Positions 34,931-53,321 of a stretch of DNA of 64,000 nucleotides are shown one piece after another. The DNA lies in assembly GCF_009914755.1 (NCBI RefSeq), contig NC_060943.1. One strand, 5' to 3'. The number at the start of each line of letters is the position of its first letter. The stretch's first letter is position 1. The translations under genes were made by a program, and so were the position numbers. The notes under the pieces were generated by a model. It was given only the letters and a program-made list of their open reading frames with translations. It ran no database searches and was not told where the DNA came from. This stretch comes from the human T2T-CHM13v2.0 reference genome, Homo sapiens.

Positions 34931-35470
34931 CTGCACATAGAAAAGTAAGAAAAAGGGCGTCAGGCATCATCAAGATAGATGATAAAAACTACGAAGTTTG
35001 GCCAGGCGCGGTGGCTCACACCTGTAATCCCAACAGTTTGGGAGGCCGAGGAAGGCGGATCACTTGAGGTCAGGAGTTCAAGACCAGCCTGGCCAACATG
35101 GTGAAACCCCATCTCTACTAAAATACAAAAATTAACCAGGTGTGGTGGTGGATGTCTGTAGTCCCAGCTGCTTGGAGCCTGGGCACAAGAATCACTTGAA
35201 CCCAGGAGGTGGAGGTTGCAGTGAGCTGAGATCACACCACTGCACTCCAACCTGGGTGACAGAGCAGGATTCTGTCTCCAAAAAATAAATTGAACAGACA
35301 TAATTCGGAAACTCAGGTGACCAATGCTTATATAGAATTAGGTTCTTAAAACAAGGACAAACTTTTTTTCTTTTTTGAGACAGGGTCTTGCTATGTTGCC
35401 CAGGCTGGTCTTAAACTCCTGGGCTCAAGCGATCTTCCTGCCTTGGCCTCCTGAGTAGCTGGGGCTCTAG

Positions 35471-35692
<222 letters not shown>

Positions 35693-37719
35693 TAGTAGAG
35701 ACGGGGTTTCACCCCTTCTCGATCTCCTGACCTCGTGATCCGCCCGTCTTGGCCTCCCAAAGTGCTGGAATTATAAGCGTGAGCCACCACGCCCGGCCCA
35801 ACAAGGATAATTTTTAAGGAATGTACTCAATAGTAACAATTTAAGCTTAGGAGCCACAACTCATATTTTAAGGTTCTTCTTCTATTTGAGAAAGTAATAA
35901 TACTCATGGTCACGAATATGAAAGTACAGGGTGGGGCGCGGTGGCTCACAACTACAGTCCCAGCTACCTGGGAGGCTTAGAGGGGAAGATTGCTTGAGCC
36001 CAGGAGGTTGAGGCTATAGTGAGCTGTGATTGTGCCACTGCACTCCAGCCTGGGCGACAGAGTGAGACCTCTGTCTCAAAATAAAAAAAAAGGGGGGGGG
36101 CGGGGGGAAGGGAAGAGGGGAAAGGAAGGGAAGAGGGGAAGGAAAGGGAAGAGGAGAAGGGAATGGAAGAGGGCAAGGGAAGGGAAAAAAAAAAAAAGAG
36201 TATGCAGTGAGCAATAGGTCTCCCTGTCACCTGGGCTTCTAAGGCCCTCCATGTTATACTTCTAGAGATGATGTACAAGTATTTCTATATGTACCTAAGT
36301 ATATTACCATTCATTTTCTTAAAAGGAATATACTACACTATTCTACACCTGATTTTCTTTTTTTCTTTTTTTTCTTTTTCCTTTTTTTTTTTTTTTTTAA
36401 GATGGAGTCTCGCTCTGTCGCCCAGGCTGGAGTGCCATTTTTATCATTTTCAAGTGTAGAGTTCGGTGGCATTAATTACATTCACATCATTATGCTCCAC
36501 TGCCACCATCCATCTCTAAAACTTTTTCATCTTCCTCAGCTGAAACTTTGTACCATTAAACACTCTCTACTATTAACTTTCCAAGAATCATGTAGGATTC
36601 AAACTGGAAATCTAAGGAAGCTTGCTTTCTGAAGACTTCCACATGGGCTATCACCGGCTTCTAAGGTTTGCCTAACATTGAGATTGTTTAGTTCGCCACA
36701 TGTTTATTGATGGTCTACTATGTTCTGGCACTAAAATTAGGCATACAATATATCGCTGCAATAGTTGAGGACATTGTTCCTAATATAAACCCTAAGAGGG
36801 GCCGGGCACAGTGTCTTACACCTGTAATCCCAACATTTTGGGAGGCTGAGTTGGGCAGATCACTTGAGGCCAGGAGTTCAAGACCATCGTGGCCAACATG
36901 GTGAAACCCCATCTCTACTAAAAATACAAAAATCAGCCAGGTGTGGTGGTGCACACCTGTAATCCCAGCTACTCAGGAGCTGAGGCAGAAGAATCACTTG
37001 AACCCAGGAGGCGGAGGTTGCAGTGAGCCCAGATCACGCCACTGCACTCCAGCCTGGGCGATGGAGTGAGACGCTATTGCAAAAAATAAATAAATAATAA
37101 ATAAATAAATAAAATAAACCCTCAGAGGAATCTGAGTTATGCAGCAATAAAGTAGGGGGTACTTCGAGCCCCTAAGGATGGAGATGCCTCTTCCTTTTCT
37201 GGAAAACTGACCGCTAACTCCACCATGTTTTACGGAGCACACACAATGTCATTTAAAACAATAATAAAACGAATAATCCTGGAGACAGATGTGAGGCCTG
37301 AAAGCATTTCCCAACCCTCAGCTGCTCAAAGTCCATTGTGTATCAAAACCACTGCCTTATAAATACCCTCAGTTCTCTTCCATCTGCCCCCACTCGCTCA
37401 TCTCCACCCTCTGCCTCCCCTAGGGCCTGTATCTGAAAGGTTGTGCGTTGCTGGAGGACACTCACCAAGGCTTCCCTTGGAATTCTAACCTGACCCCAAA
37501 CCTCTAATAGGCACCCATTTCCTGGCACTTCTGTGTGTCCCTAGTAATTTCATTTCCTTTTCTCCTGTATACTTGTTTCTTATCTTCGCTCTCCTCCTGA
37601 AGCCACTCACGCACCCTCCTGACATCCCTGCCGTATACTTCATGGCATCCGTCCCCCAAGACCAAGCCCTTCTGTGTGCCTGGATCCCATTCCCTCTCTC
37701 CTCCAGGCACCCTTGCCTC

Positions 37720-37725
37720 CCAGAT

Positions 37726-37773
<48 letters not shown>

Positions 37774-38305
37774 CTGCAATGCGTACCATCACATTCTTTG
37801 AAAAGCTTTTCTTGGCCCAGATCTCTACACACACACAAACACACACACACACACACACACACACTCCTGCAATGCGTACCATCACATTCTTTGAAAAGCC
37901 TTTCTTGGCGGGGCGTGGTGGCTCACGCCTGTAATCCCAGCACTTTGGGAGGCCAAGGCGGGCAGATCACAAGGTCAGGAGATTGAGACCATCGGGGCTA
38001 ACATGGTGAAACCCTGTCTCTACTAAAAATACAAAAAATTAGCCGGGCGTGGTGGCGGGCACCTGTAGTCCCAGTTACTTGGGAGGCTGAGGCAGGAGAA
38101 TGGCATGAACCAGGAGGTGGAGCTTGCAGTGAGCTGAGATAGCGCCACTCACTGCATTCCAGCCTGGGTGACAGAACGAGACTGTCTCAAAAAAAAAAAA
38201 GTAAAGCCTTTCTTGACCCTGTTCCCCTCCAGGTCCACCCCAGTATCATACCCACACACACTCTCTCACTCCTGCAATGTGTACCACTACTTTCTTTTAA
38301 AAGCC
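37720..38305. repeat. Local tandem repeat: two ~95-bp (CA)n-containing units plus a diverged third copy beyond an Alu
   Basis: CCAGATCTCTA(CA)nCTCCTGCAATGCGTACCATCACATTCTTTGAAAAGC at 37720 and 37817. CTCCTGCAATGTGTACCACTACTTTCTTTTAAAAGCC near 38269-38305. Confidence 0.9.
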
Positions 38306-39636
38306 TTTTTTTTTTTTTTTTTTTGAGACGGAGTCTTACTGTCACCAGACTGGAGTGCAGTGGCCCAATCTTGGCTCACTGCAACCTCCACCTCCAGGTT
38401 CAAGTGATTCTCCTGCCTCAGCCTCCCAAGTAGCTGGGATTACAGGCACATGCCACCACACCCAGATAATTTTTGTATTTTTAGTAGAGACAGGGTTTCA
38501 CCATGTTGGCCAGGTTGGTCTTGAACTTCTGGCCTCAAGTGATCCACCTGCCTCAGCCTCCCAAAGTGCTGGGATTACAGGCGTGAGCCACTGTGCCCAG
38601 CTCCATTTACTGTTTCTTTCCCCACCACCCATTCCTCACTCAAATCCACCTGGGGTACCCCTCTAGAACTCTTAGGGCTTTACAGAGCACAGTTTAAAAC
38701 CACTGTGTAGGCCTAACTCTTCCATCCTCTGGATGAGAAAACCGAGGCCCAAGGAGGGTATGAACGTGCTGAAGGTTACACAGCTTGTGAACGGCAGTCA
38801 GGGCCTAATTCCAGAGCTTGATTCCAAGCTTAGATTTGTTCAACTAGGGATCCCCACTGTAGTCAAGAGGGTAGCCAAGGGCAGCAGGTCATCAGTTCAG
38901 CCAGAGTGCTAGGCTAAATGTTCTCTTTATTTGATTTTGTTTGAAAGGCTCAGTCGCTAAAAACAGTGCTTGACTGTCATTATCTAAAATCCTTATCATA
39001 AAAATTAATAGACAAAAATAATTTTTAAAAAATTATTTTTAAAAAGCCAGGGGCTGGGCATGGTGGCTCACTCCTGTAATCCCAGCACTTTTGGGAGGCC
39101 AAGGCGGGCCAATCACCGGAGGCCAGGAGTTCAAGATCAGCCTGGCCAATATGGTGAAACCCCATCTCTACTAAAAATACAAAAATTAGCCAGACATCGT
39201 GGTGGGTGCATGTAATCCCAGCTACTCGGGAGGCTGAGGCAGGAGAATCGCTTGAACCCGGGAGGTGAGGTTGCAGTGAGCCAAGATTGCACCACTGCAC
39301 TCCAGCCTGGATGACAAGAGCAAGACTCTGTCTCCAAAAAAAAAGAGCCAGGTACAGTGGCTCACGCCTGTAATCCCAACTATTCGGGAGGCTGATTCAA
39401 GAGGGTCTCTTGAGGCTAGAAATTCAAGATCAGCTTGGATAACTTAGTTAGACCTCGTCACCACAAAATTAATTAATAAAAGACAAAAGGAAATTACTTT
39501 TGGCCTGGTGCAGTGGCTCATTCCTGTAATCCTAACACTTTGGGAGGCGGAGGCAGGCAGATTGCTTAAGCCCAGGAGTTTGGGACCAGCCTGGGCAACA
39601 AAATGAGACTGTCACTACAAAAAAATTAAAAATTAG

Positions 39637-39876
<240 letters not shown>

Positions 39877-41177
39877 TGACCTCAGGTGATGAGAAGGGAG
39901 GATCTTTTGAGTCCTAGAACTCGAAGCTGTAGTCAGCTATGATTGCACTATTGCACTCCAGCCTGGGCAACTGAGTTAGACCCTGTCTCAAAACAAACAA
40001 AACAAAAAACAACAACAAAAGAAATTATTTGGCCGGGCATGCTGGCTTATGCCTGTAATCCCGGCACTTTGGGAGGCAAGGTAGGCGGATTGCTTGAGCT
40101 TAGAAGTTAGAGAACAGCTAGGGCAACACGGTGAAGCCCCGTCTCTACAAAAAATACGAAAAATTAGCTGGGTATGGTGTTCCATGCCTGTAGTCCTAGC
40201 TACTCAGGAAGCGGAGATGGGAGGATCACGTAAGCCCAAGAGTCAAGGCCACAGTGAACCGATATTGCGCCAGGGCAACGAGAGCGAGACCCTGTCTCAA
40301 AACAAAAAACAAACCTTCTTTTTTCTAGACAGGGTCTCACTCTGTCACGCAGGCTGGAGTACAGTGGCTCGATCTCGGCTCACTGCAACCTCTGCCTCCC
40401 AGGCTCAAGTGATTCTCATGCCTCAGCCTCCCACATAGCTGGGATTGCAGGCATGCACCACCACATCCTGCTAATTTTTGTATTTTTAGTAGAGACAGGG
40501 TTTTGCCACGGTGGCCAGGATGGTCTCGAACTCCTGGCTTCAAGTGATCCGCCGGCCTTGGCCTCCCAAAGTACTAGGATTATAGGAGTGAGCCACTGTG
40601 CCCAGCCTAAAAACATTATTTTTAAAAAAATTAAAGAGGACCTGCTAGGTGAAAAGAATAAACATCATGATCATGGTTATCATCATTATAATGTCTATTG
40701 TGGATTGAAATGTAGCTCCTGTTTGGCCCTCTTGTAAGGGCTTTATGTAAACTCAGTTTATCCTGAGGCTCACAGCTATTCCCTGACTTGCTGAAGGCCA
40801 CACAACTGGTGGTGGAAAGCCAGGATACACATCTAGACTGTCTGAGTGCAGAACCCTTGCTTTCAGCTACTACAGCAGCCCCTTCCTTGGCCTGGTGTAA
40901 CGATGTCACAGGCTTGAAAGTCAAGCCTTTGCACCTCTCACAGGGGGCAGGGCATGCCCCAGAAACTCAGGCCTCTGCTGATGGGGTCCCTACTCCAACC
41001 TTCAGTGTGTGGCTTGGCTCTTTTCTCTAACCTCCTTTTGGACAAACGTCTTTTCTGTTTCTGCTGGGGACCTTAATCACTTGTCCAGAAACTCCATGGA
41101 TTTTGTCCCTAAAAATATGATTTCTTATGATCCCTTCTCCCAAGATGCTCTGAGTCCCTTGACTTTATCTTCTTTTA

Positions 41178-41501
<324 letters not shown>

Positions 41502-42561
41502 TCACATACATGCATAAAATTCACCATTTTAATACCCTTCTGTGGCTTTTATTTATTATTTTTATTTTTGAGACAGGGTCTTGCTCTGACACCCAGGCTG
41601 GAGTGCAGTGGTACAATCATAGCTCACTGCAGCCCCAACCTCCTTGGGCTCAAGTGATCCTCCTGCCTCAGCCTCCCAAGCAGCTGGGACTACAGGCATA
41701 CGCCACCATGCCTCGCTAATTTTTTTTATTTTTTGTAGAGACAAGGTCTCGCCATGTTGCCCAGGCTGGTCTCGAACTCCTGGGCTCAAGCGAACATACT
41801 GCCTCAGCCTCTCAAAGTGCTGGAATTACAGGTGTGAGCCAGCATGCCAAGACACCAGTGATTTTTAGTATATTCACAAAGTTAGGTGACCATCACTACT
41901 ACCTAATTTCAGAACATTTCCATCCCCCTAAAAAGAAACCTTCTACCTTATGACCCTTCAGCAGTCCCTCCCGACTCCCATTGCCCAGCCCCAGCACCAT
42001 CTACTTTTTGTCTCTGGATTTGCCTATGCTGAGCATTTTATATCCATGGACTCAAAATCCATTGGCTCTCTGGCCCTCTCTCAACTGACTTCTGCTGCCA
42101 CCTCTCCACCAAAGTGTCTTTTCATCCTGCTGCCAAATACAATAGGCACAGCTAAGGCGACCTCATTCTCCACCACTCAACTGCATTCAATGCAACCCAT
42201 CACCCTCTCACTGCAAAGCTTTCTCCTCTTAATTTGAGAAGCTCCTTTCCTCCGACATCTCTGAACTCTCCTCCATTTTCTTTGCACTTGCTTCTCTTCC
42301 AACTGATCTCTAAATGTTTAGCCCTCAGCCCTAGCCCCCTTGCAGGGAGCTGCATTTTGTCTCACAGCCTCAAATATCATCCCTGTGCAATGATTCTCAA
42401 ATATTTATTTCTAGCTCTGATTTCTTCCTCGAACTGTAAGACTTCACATTCGATCTCCTCCTTTATGCTTACGTCTGACTGCTAATAGCATCTGGAACAT
42501 TCAAAACATGACTCTTGATTTCTCTCTCCTTCACCTCCCTCACACCCATTACCCATCATTA

Positions 42562-42972
<411 letters not shown>

Positions 42973-43767
42973 TCAAGCCAAAAACTGAGGCCTCACCTCC
43001 CTGTCCACTGTCTCCTTAACACAAATCATCCACAAATCCCCCATCAGCTCTACCTCCAAACTATGTCCCAGGGCCACTCATGTCTCTCTAACTCTACAGC
43101 CACCCCCATCACCTCAGCCACTAATGTCACCAGCCTGGACAAGTGCCATGGCCAGTCTCCGGCAGCAGACGCCCTTCTAAAACAAACATCACACCACGCC
43201 GTTCCCCTTCTGAAAGGGGCTTCCAAGTGGCTTCCAAGCTCCCACCATTGCCGCCAAGGCCTCCTTCTTACCTCACTTCCCATGGCTCCCTTCCTTGTCC
43301 TGGTGCTCTTGCCAAAAGGCCTTCTTTTTGCCTCTCCGGTAGGAGAAGCTTATTCTGCTGCAGGGGCTCTGTACCTGTAAGTGCCCCTGCCCAGAAGGCC
43401 TTTCTTGTCCCTCTGCAACTGGCTCGAACCTCCTGGTCACTCTCATGTCTGGTCCATCCCTGCCTAGATAGAGCCTCGCCCCCTCCCCAGTCATTCCACC
43501 CTGTTACAGGTCTTTTTTCCTTTACAGCACTTATCAAAATCCTGAACATTTATTTGCTGACTTTAATGCCAGCTTCGCTGGGGGGCAGGGACCTTATCTG
43601 TGTAATGTAAACTGGAGCTCTGACACCTAAGAGAGTGTCTGGCACCCAACTGATCCTCAATCAATATTTGTTGAATGAATAAATGAGTGTTGTTACAGAG
43701 GGAAGGTCGAGGGTACATCATTAAGTGTGGCAAAGTGCAGAGGAGAACGTCATTAAGTATGGCATGA

Positions 43768-44166
<399 letters not shown>

Positions 44167-44569
44167 TGACACTGCCTCTAGGGCGTACAGAGGGATTGTC
44201 TTAACTTTCACAGGTTGTCTTAAGCACTTCTGTACCATTAGAATTTTTTTTTGTTTTTTATTTTTTTCACTATGAGTATGTATTACTTTTGTAATTAAAC
44301 AATTTGATCAGAAAAATAGATCAGTTGATTATTTTATCTACAGGATATTTTTAAAAGTTTGCTAGCAGGGTGCAGTGGCTCACGCCTGTAATCCCAGCAC
44401 TTTGGGAGGCCAAGGTGAGAGGATGGCTTGAGCCCAGGAGTTCAAGACCAGCCTTGGCAACATAGCAAGAACCTGTCTCTACAAAAAAATAAAGAATAGG
44501 CTGGGCATGGTGGCTCACGCCTGTAATCCCAGCACTCTGGGAGGCCGAGGCTGGCAGATCACAAGGTCA

Positions 44570-44905
<336 letters not shown>

Positions 44906-45189
44906 TCACTTAAACCCAAGAGATAGAGGCTGCAGTAAGCCATGATCATACCACTGCAAACCAGCCTGGGCAATAGGGCAAGACGCTGTCTTTAAAAAGA
45001 AAAAGTTTGCCAATTTTCTCTTTGACCCAAGGTGAGCACATTACAGTGATTACAAGCCTGGGAGTCCAGTCATTTGTACCATGTTACACAGGCAGGAGAC
45101 AGAGGGTCTGGTAAACACCTCTGGGGCTGAACTCATGCAGATTTCACTCCACGCCACCACTGACTGCCCAGGGAGGTGTCAGCGCTCAC

Positions 45190-45345
45190 CATGGATGATG
45201 TGGAGTCCAGGAGGCTCACGACTTTCATCTCGATCTCGTCCTCGCCAAAGCTCTTCAGCAGCTTCATAACCTCACTCAGCGTCAGCCACTTACAATCCAC
45301 AAGCTGAATGGAGACAATATAATCTCCTTCCCGGGCTCCTGCCAC
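45190..45345 (-). CDS. RHPN2: RHPN2 exon, second half of the PDZ domain (VAGAREGDYIVSIQ...VVSLLDSTSSM)
   Basis: AG 45347-45346, GT 45189-45188. 156 nt, phase 0-0. Confidence 0.96.
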
Positions 45346-45496
45346 CTGAAAAAGTATTGTTGAAATTAAGTCAACGTTTTGTTCACTCAAATCCTTGAAT
45401 CAGTCCCCATTAACAAAATAGGTATTTGCGTAAGTTCGCATCAAGAAAGCAAAAATTCACTTTGGGTGGCTGAGACGGGTAGATCACTTGAGGTCA

Positions 45497-45745
<249 letters not shown>

Positions 45746-46498
45746 CTAGCACTCTGGGAGGCCAAGGCAGACAGAATACTTGAGGCCAGGAGTTCGAGAC
45801 CAGCCTGGCCAACATGGCAAAACCCCATTTCTACTAAAAATACAAAAATTAGGCCGGGCCAGGTGGCTCACACTTGTAATCCCAGCACTTTGGGAGGCCG
45901 AGGTAGGCGGATCACAAGATCAGGAGATCGAAACCATCCTGGCTAACACAGTGAAACCCCGTCTCTACTAAAAACACACAAAAAATTAGCCAGGCATGGT
46001 GGCACGCACCTGTAATCCCAGCTACTCAGCAGCCTGAGGCAGGAGAATTACTTGAACCCAGGAGGTGGAGGTTGCAGTGAACCAAGATCGCGCCACTGCA
46101 CTCCAGCCTGGGCGACAGAGTGAGACTGCGTCTCAAAAAACAAAAACAAAAACTAAAATTAGCTGAGTGTGGTGGCACGTGCCTGTAATCCCAGCTACTC
46201 AGGAAGCTGAGACAGGAGAATCACTTGAAACCAGGAAGCAGAAGCTGCAGTGAGCCCTGAGATCGCGCCACTGCACGATCGCGACTCACTGCAGCCTCCA
46301 CCTCCCAAAGTCTAAAAAAAACTAAAAACATAAAACAAACAAAAGAAAGACAGTAAAAATTAATCCTTTTCTTTTAGGGAATGTAGCACCCATGAGGCCC
46401 TTCACATCAAGTCAGGCCTTTGACATGGGTGAACCCACCCTAAATTCAATCACCCAGATATCTGTGTTTGCTGCCAATCAAGAAAAGCATGTGCTTAC

Positions 46499-46645
46499 CG
46501 AGGCAGAGCAGTAAGGATCCAGGAAGTGAACCTGAACGGGGGCGTTCCCTCTCAAGGTGAACCCCAAGTCCCCTTCTTCTGCAGTGAAGCGGATGCTTCG
46601 AGGAGGCGTCCACCGCTTGTTAGCCGAAAACACAGATAAGGGGCC
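46499..46645 (-). CDS. RHPN2: RHPN2 exon, first half of the PDZ domain ([12 protein letters not shown]...[25 protein letters not shown])
   Basis: AG 46647-46646, GT 46498-46497. 147 nt, with GLGF-like loop GDLGF. Confidence 0.96.
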
Positions 46646-46993
46646 CTTTGGAAGAGAGCATCGTTAGGTGTAGGATTTGAAGGCTGGATCAGACGCTTGA
46701 AAGCTAAAGGGAATTTTGCCTGCTGTCCTTGAAGATCTCACTTGGCCTTGTTCAGGGACAAATGACACATCTGGGGGCATACATGCTACAGCAGTCATGC
46801 GAGAACCTGGAAAGCCATCTTCTCAAACATACCCAATATATTTTCAATAAAATTATCTTTTAGGCATTGTATTAATTATCTTTTTCTCTTTTTTTTTGAG
46901 ACATTGTCTCACTCTGTCGCCCAGGCTAGAGTGTGGTGGTATGATCTCGGCTCACTGCAGCCTCTGCCTCCCGGGTTCAAGTAATTCTCCTGA

Positions 46994-47176
<183 letters not shown>

Positions 47177-47294
47177 TAAATAAAATCTCTAATATAAAAA
47201 ATGTAAGACTAGGCATGTCATGCCTGTAATCCTAAGCACTTTGTGTGACCAAGGCAGAAGGATCGCTCGAGGCCAGGGGTTTGAGACCAGCCTA

Positions 47295-47537
<243 letters not shown>

Positions 47538-47631
47538 TCATACCTGTAATCCCAGCACTCTGGGACGCCTAGGCAGGAGTATGGTTTGAGCCCAGGAGTT
47601 GGAGACCAGCCTAGGCAAGACCCCATCTCTA

Positions 47632-47766
<135 letters not shown>

Positions 47767-47855
47767 CTAGGTGACACAGTGAGACCATGTCTCTAAAAAA
47801 ACTAAAAAATATTTTTAAAAAATTTTAAATAGACAATACCTAAAAACTACCTTTA

Positions 47856-48587
<732 letters not shown>

Positions 48588-48652
48588 CCATACTCGCCAA
48601 AGTGAAGAGCTGTCCCCTTAGGTCATTTGAATGTAGAGAGCATTCAACATAC

Positions 48653-48729
48653 CAGCTTCTGGAAGAAGTCCGTGACTGTCAGCTTGGAGAACTGGGGCAA
48701 TATAATGTCAACCTCTTGCTCAGTTTTAG
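48653..48729 (-). CDS. RHPN2: RHPN2 exon (AKTEQEVDIILPQFSKLTVTDFFQKL)
   Basis: AG 48731-48730, GT 48652-48651. 77 nt, phase 1-0. Confidence 0.94.
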
Positions 48730-48881
48730 CTAGAATAGAGGATTAGAAATGGGAGGATAAACGTTTCTGTAATTGAAAGTGATCCTAATAGTCCAGTGTT
48801 GTGGCTCACGCCTGTAATCCCAGCACTTTGGGAGGCTGAGGCAGGTGGATCACTTGAGGCCATAAGTTCAAGACCAGTCTA

Positions 48882-49121
<240 letters not shown>

Positions 49122-49348
49122 TCACACATCCTTCCCCTCGGTTTAGACAAGTAGCAGAAGAAGATGGAACAGAGCTCAACCCCCGACCTAGGGTGAACTG
49201 TACCTTCCATTTGGGTGCCTCCAGTGAGCCATGGGAGGTATAACTCCTTCCCGAGCTGGGACCAAGGAGTGATAACCAGACACATTCCCATGGGGTTTCC
49301 TGATACTTAAGGGGCTTAGTGGGCTTCTCTGGCACTCATAAAACCCTA

Positions 49349-49489
<141 letters not shown>

Positions 49490-50191
49490 TTAGCCAGGCG
49501 TGGTGGCATGCGCCTATAGTCCCAGCTACTTGGGAGGCTGAGGCTTGAACCAGGGAGGCAGAGGTTGCAGTGAGCTGAGATCACGCCACTGCACTCCAGC
49601 CTGGGTGAGACAAGAGCGAAATGACCTCTCAAAAACAAACAAACAAACAAAAAAACCTATTGAGAAGTCATCTATGTTTCAAGTGTTGTTGTTATGGAAG
49701 TTCCATGCCTCACTGGACACAGTCCTGGGATACCGTGCTTTCTGTTTTCATCATTATTACTATTTTGAGACAGGGTGTCGCTCTGTCGCCCAAGCTGGAG
49801 TGCAGTGGTGGGATCACAGCTCGCTTGCAGCTTGACCTCCTGGACTCAAATGATTCTCCTGCCTCAGCCTCCCGAGTAGCTGGAACTATAGGTATGCACC
49901 ACCACACCTGATGAATTTTTTTTTTAATTTTTTGTAGAGATGGGGTCTCACTATGTTGCCCAGGCTGGTCTCAAACTCCTGAGCTCAAGTAATCCTCCTG
50001 CCTCGGCCTCCCAAAGTGCTGAGATTACAGGTTTGAGCCACCGTGCTTGACCTTTTCATTATTAATGTGGTATGAGGATTTCCCAGTGAAAAGGAGGTTT
50101 GGCAAATCATGACCACTGACAGCTACATACCCCCACCAGCATCTTCACAGCAGGCTCGGACTACCCTTAACATAAGGCTGGTCAATTTCTA

Positions 50192-50896
<705 letters not shown>

Positions 50897-51020
50897 CTGC
50901 AGACGGAAGCCAGCACCCACGTGACTTGCAGATCCACCAAGCAGAGCATAAAGGCCCAAGGGGCAGCCCAAGAGGTTGGATGTTCTCTTTTCTAAAGGAT
51001 CTGCCTGGATAGCTAGAGCC

Positions 51021-51542
51021 TGTGATACCCTACCTTGTTTTAACCTGAGTGACTCTCTCCTAGCAGAGAGAGCCGGACAGACTCCATTTTAGTTTCTTCA
51101 CTTGCAGCCCCCACTTATCCCCCTTAAGAGAATAACTAGTGTAAGCTGACTCCAAGCACACCCAGGAATGCAAACTGCTGATAAGATACTGAGGCAGGCT
51201 GTACCAGCAGCTCCTGGGGATGTGCTCAGTGGCAGGTACCTAAAGCCCCTGCATTTATCTCTTAGTGATAGTTTAAGCCCCTGCACCTGGAACTGTGTAT
51301 TTTTTGTAACTGCTTCTATAACCAATTACTTTTTTTTAACTTTTTGCCTATTCTGCTTCTGTAAAATTGCTTCAGTTAAACCCCCCTCCCCTATTTAGAC
51401 CATAGTATAAAAGAAAATCTAGCCCCTTCTTCGGGCCCGAGAGAATTTCGAGCGTTAGCCGTCTCTCAGTCACCGGCTAATAAAGGACTCCTGAATTAGT
51501 CTCAAAGTGTGGCATTTCTCTATAACTCGCTTGGTTACAACA
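51021..51542 (+). mobile_element. ERV1 solo LTR, LTR6 (HERVS71)-like, 522 bp
   Basis: TG...CA termini, perfect 4-bp TSD AGCC (51017-51020, 51543-51546), TATAAAA 51406-51412, AATAAA 51479-51484. The 3' end matches the recalled LTR6 consensus (GTCTCAAAGTGTGGC...TAACTCGCT...ACAACA). Confidence 0.85.
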
Positions 51543-52147
51543 AGCCTTTTATTAAAATATTATTTTTTTCATTTTATATTTTATATTTAGAGACAGGGTC
51601 TCACTTTGTTTCGCACGCTGGAGTACAGTGGTGCAATCATGGCTTACCGCAGCCTCAAACTCCTGGGCTGAACTGAACCTCCCTCTTCTGACTCTTGAGC
51701 AGCTGGGACCACAGGCATGCACCACCACACTTGGATAATGTTTTCACTATCATCATCATTTCATTATCATTGCTATGTTGCCCAGGCTGGTCTCAAACTC
51801 CTGGCCTCAAGCAATCTGCCTGCCTTAGCCTCCCAGACTGCTGGGATGACAGGCGTGAGTCACCGCGCCCAGCCCAAGCCTCCCTTCAATGCGTATGTAA
51901 TAACCTCACTTGTGTCCATAAGATGTTCACTCAACAAATATTTACCAAATGTGCTGGGCACTAGAGATAAAGCAACGAGTAAACAAACTGCCCCCACATT
52001 CATGGAGTTTACATGTAGTGGTTGACGACAGATAACTAACAAGACAAGAAATATGTAATGGATGGGGTGGTGATGAGGTTATAGGGAAAAATAAAGCAGG
52101 GTAAGCGGAGATGGTAAGAGAAGACTGGGAATGGGGTTGTCCTATGA

Positions 52148-52583
<436 letters not shown>

Positions 52584-53041
52584 TAGGGTGTGCCTGGAGG
52601 CAGGGAGGGTGGGAGAGAATGAGTGCAGGGAAGAAAGAGCCAGGCCAGATCATGGCGGACCTCACGCGTGTGAGATGAGGGCTCTCGCTCCTGTTCTGCG
52701 TGAGACGGGAGCCCACTGGAGTGAGAGCAGGGGACTGATGTGATCTGACCTGCACGACCAGGCTCTGAAGGGGCAGCAGGAAAACCCGCTATGAGCAGGG
52801 CAAGCCACGTGACCTCTCTGGGTCTCAGTTTCCTCAGCTGTAAAATGGGGATGCCACGAGACGCACCTCATAGTGTTGTGTGGGGTTTAAGTGAGTGAAT
52901 GTTTGTTAAATAAGCACTGTACACATGTGGCTTCCACCAGGGCAGCAGGATTAAAGTGGCCAGATTTGAGATATGTTTTCTAAGTACAGCCAAAGGGATT
53001 TGCTAATCAAATGTAGGGTGAGAAAGTAAGACAAGAGGTTA

Positions 53042-53173
<132 letters not shown>

Positions 53174-53321
53174 TTAGCCGGGCGTGGTGGTGCATGCCTG
53201 TAGTCCCAGCTACTCAGGAGGCTGAGGCAGGAAGATCACTTGAAGCCAGGAGTTCGAGGCTGCACTGAGCTGTGATTGCACTACTGCACTGCAGCCTGGG
53301 GGACAGCAAGATGCTGTCAAA

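Noticed and set aside
37720-37910. Repeat-spacer-like pattern suggestive of a CRISPR array
   Set aside because: The intervening parts are (CA)n microsatellite, there are only 2-3 units, and the DNA is eukaryotic with no cas genes.
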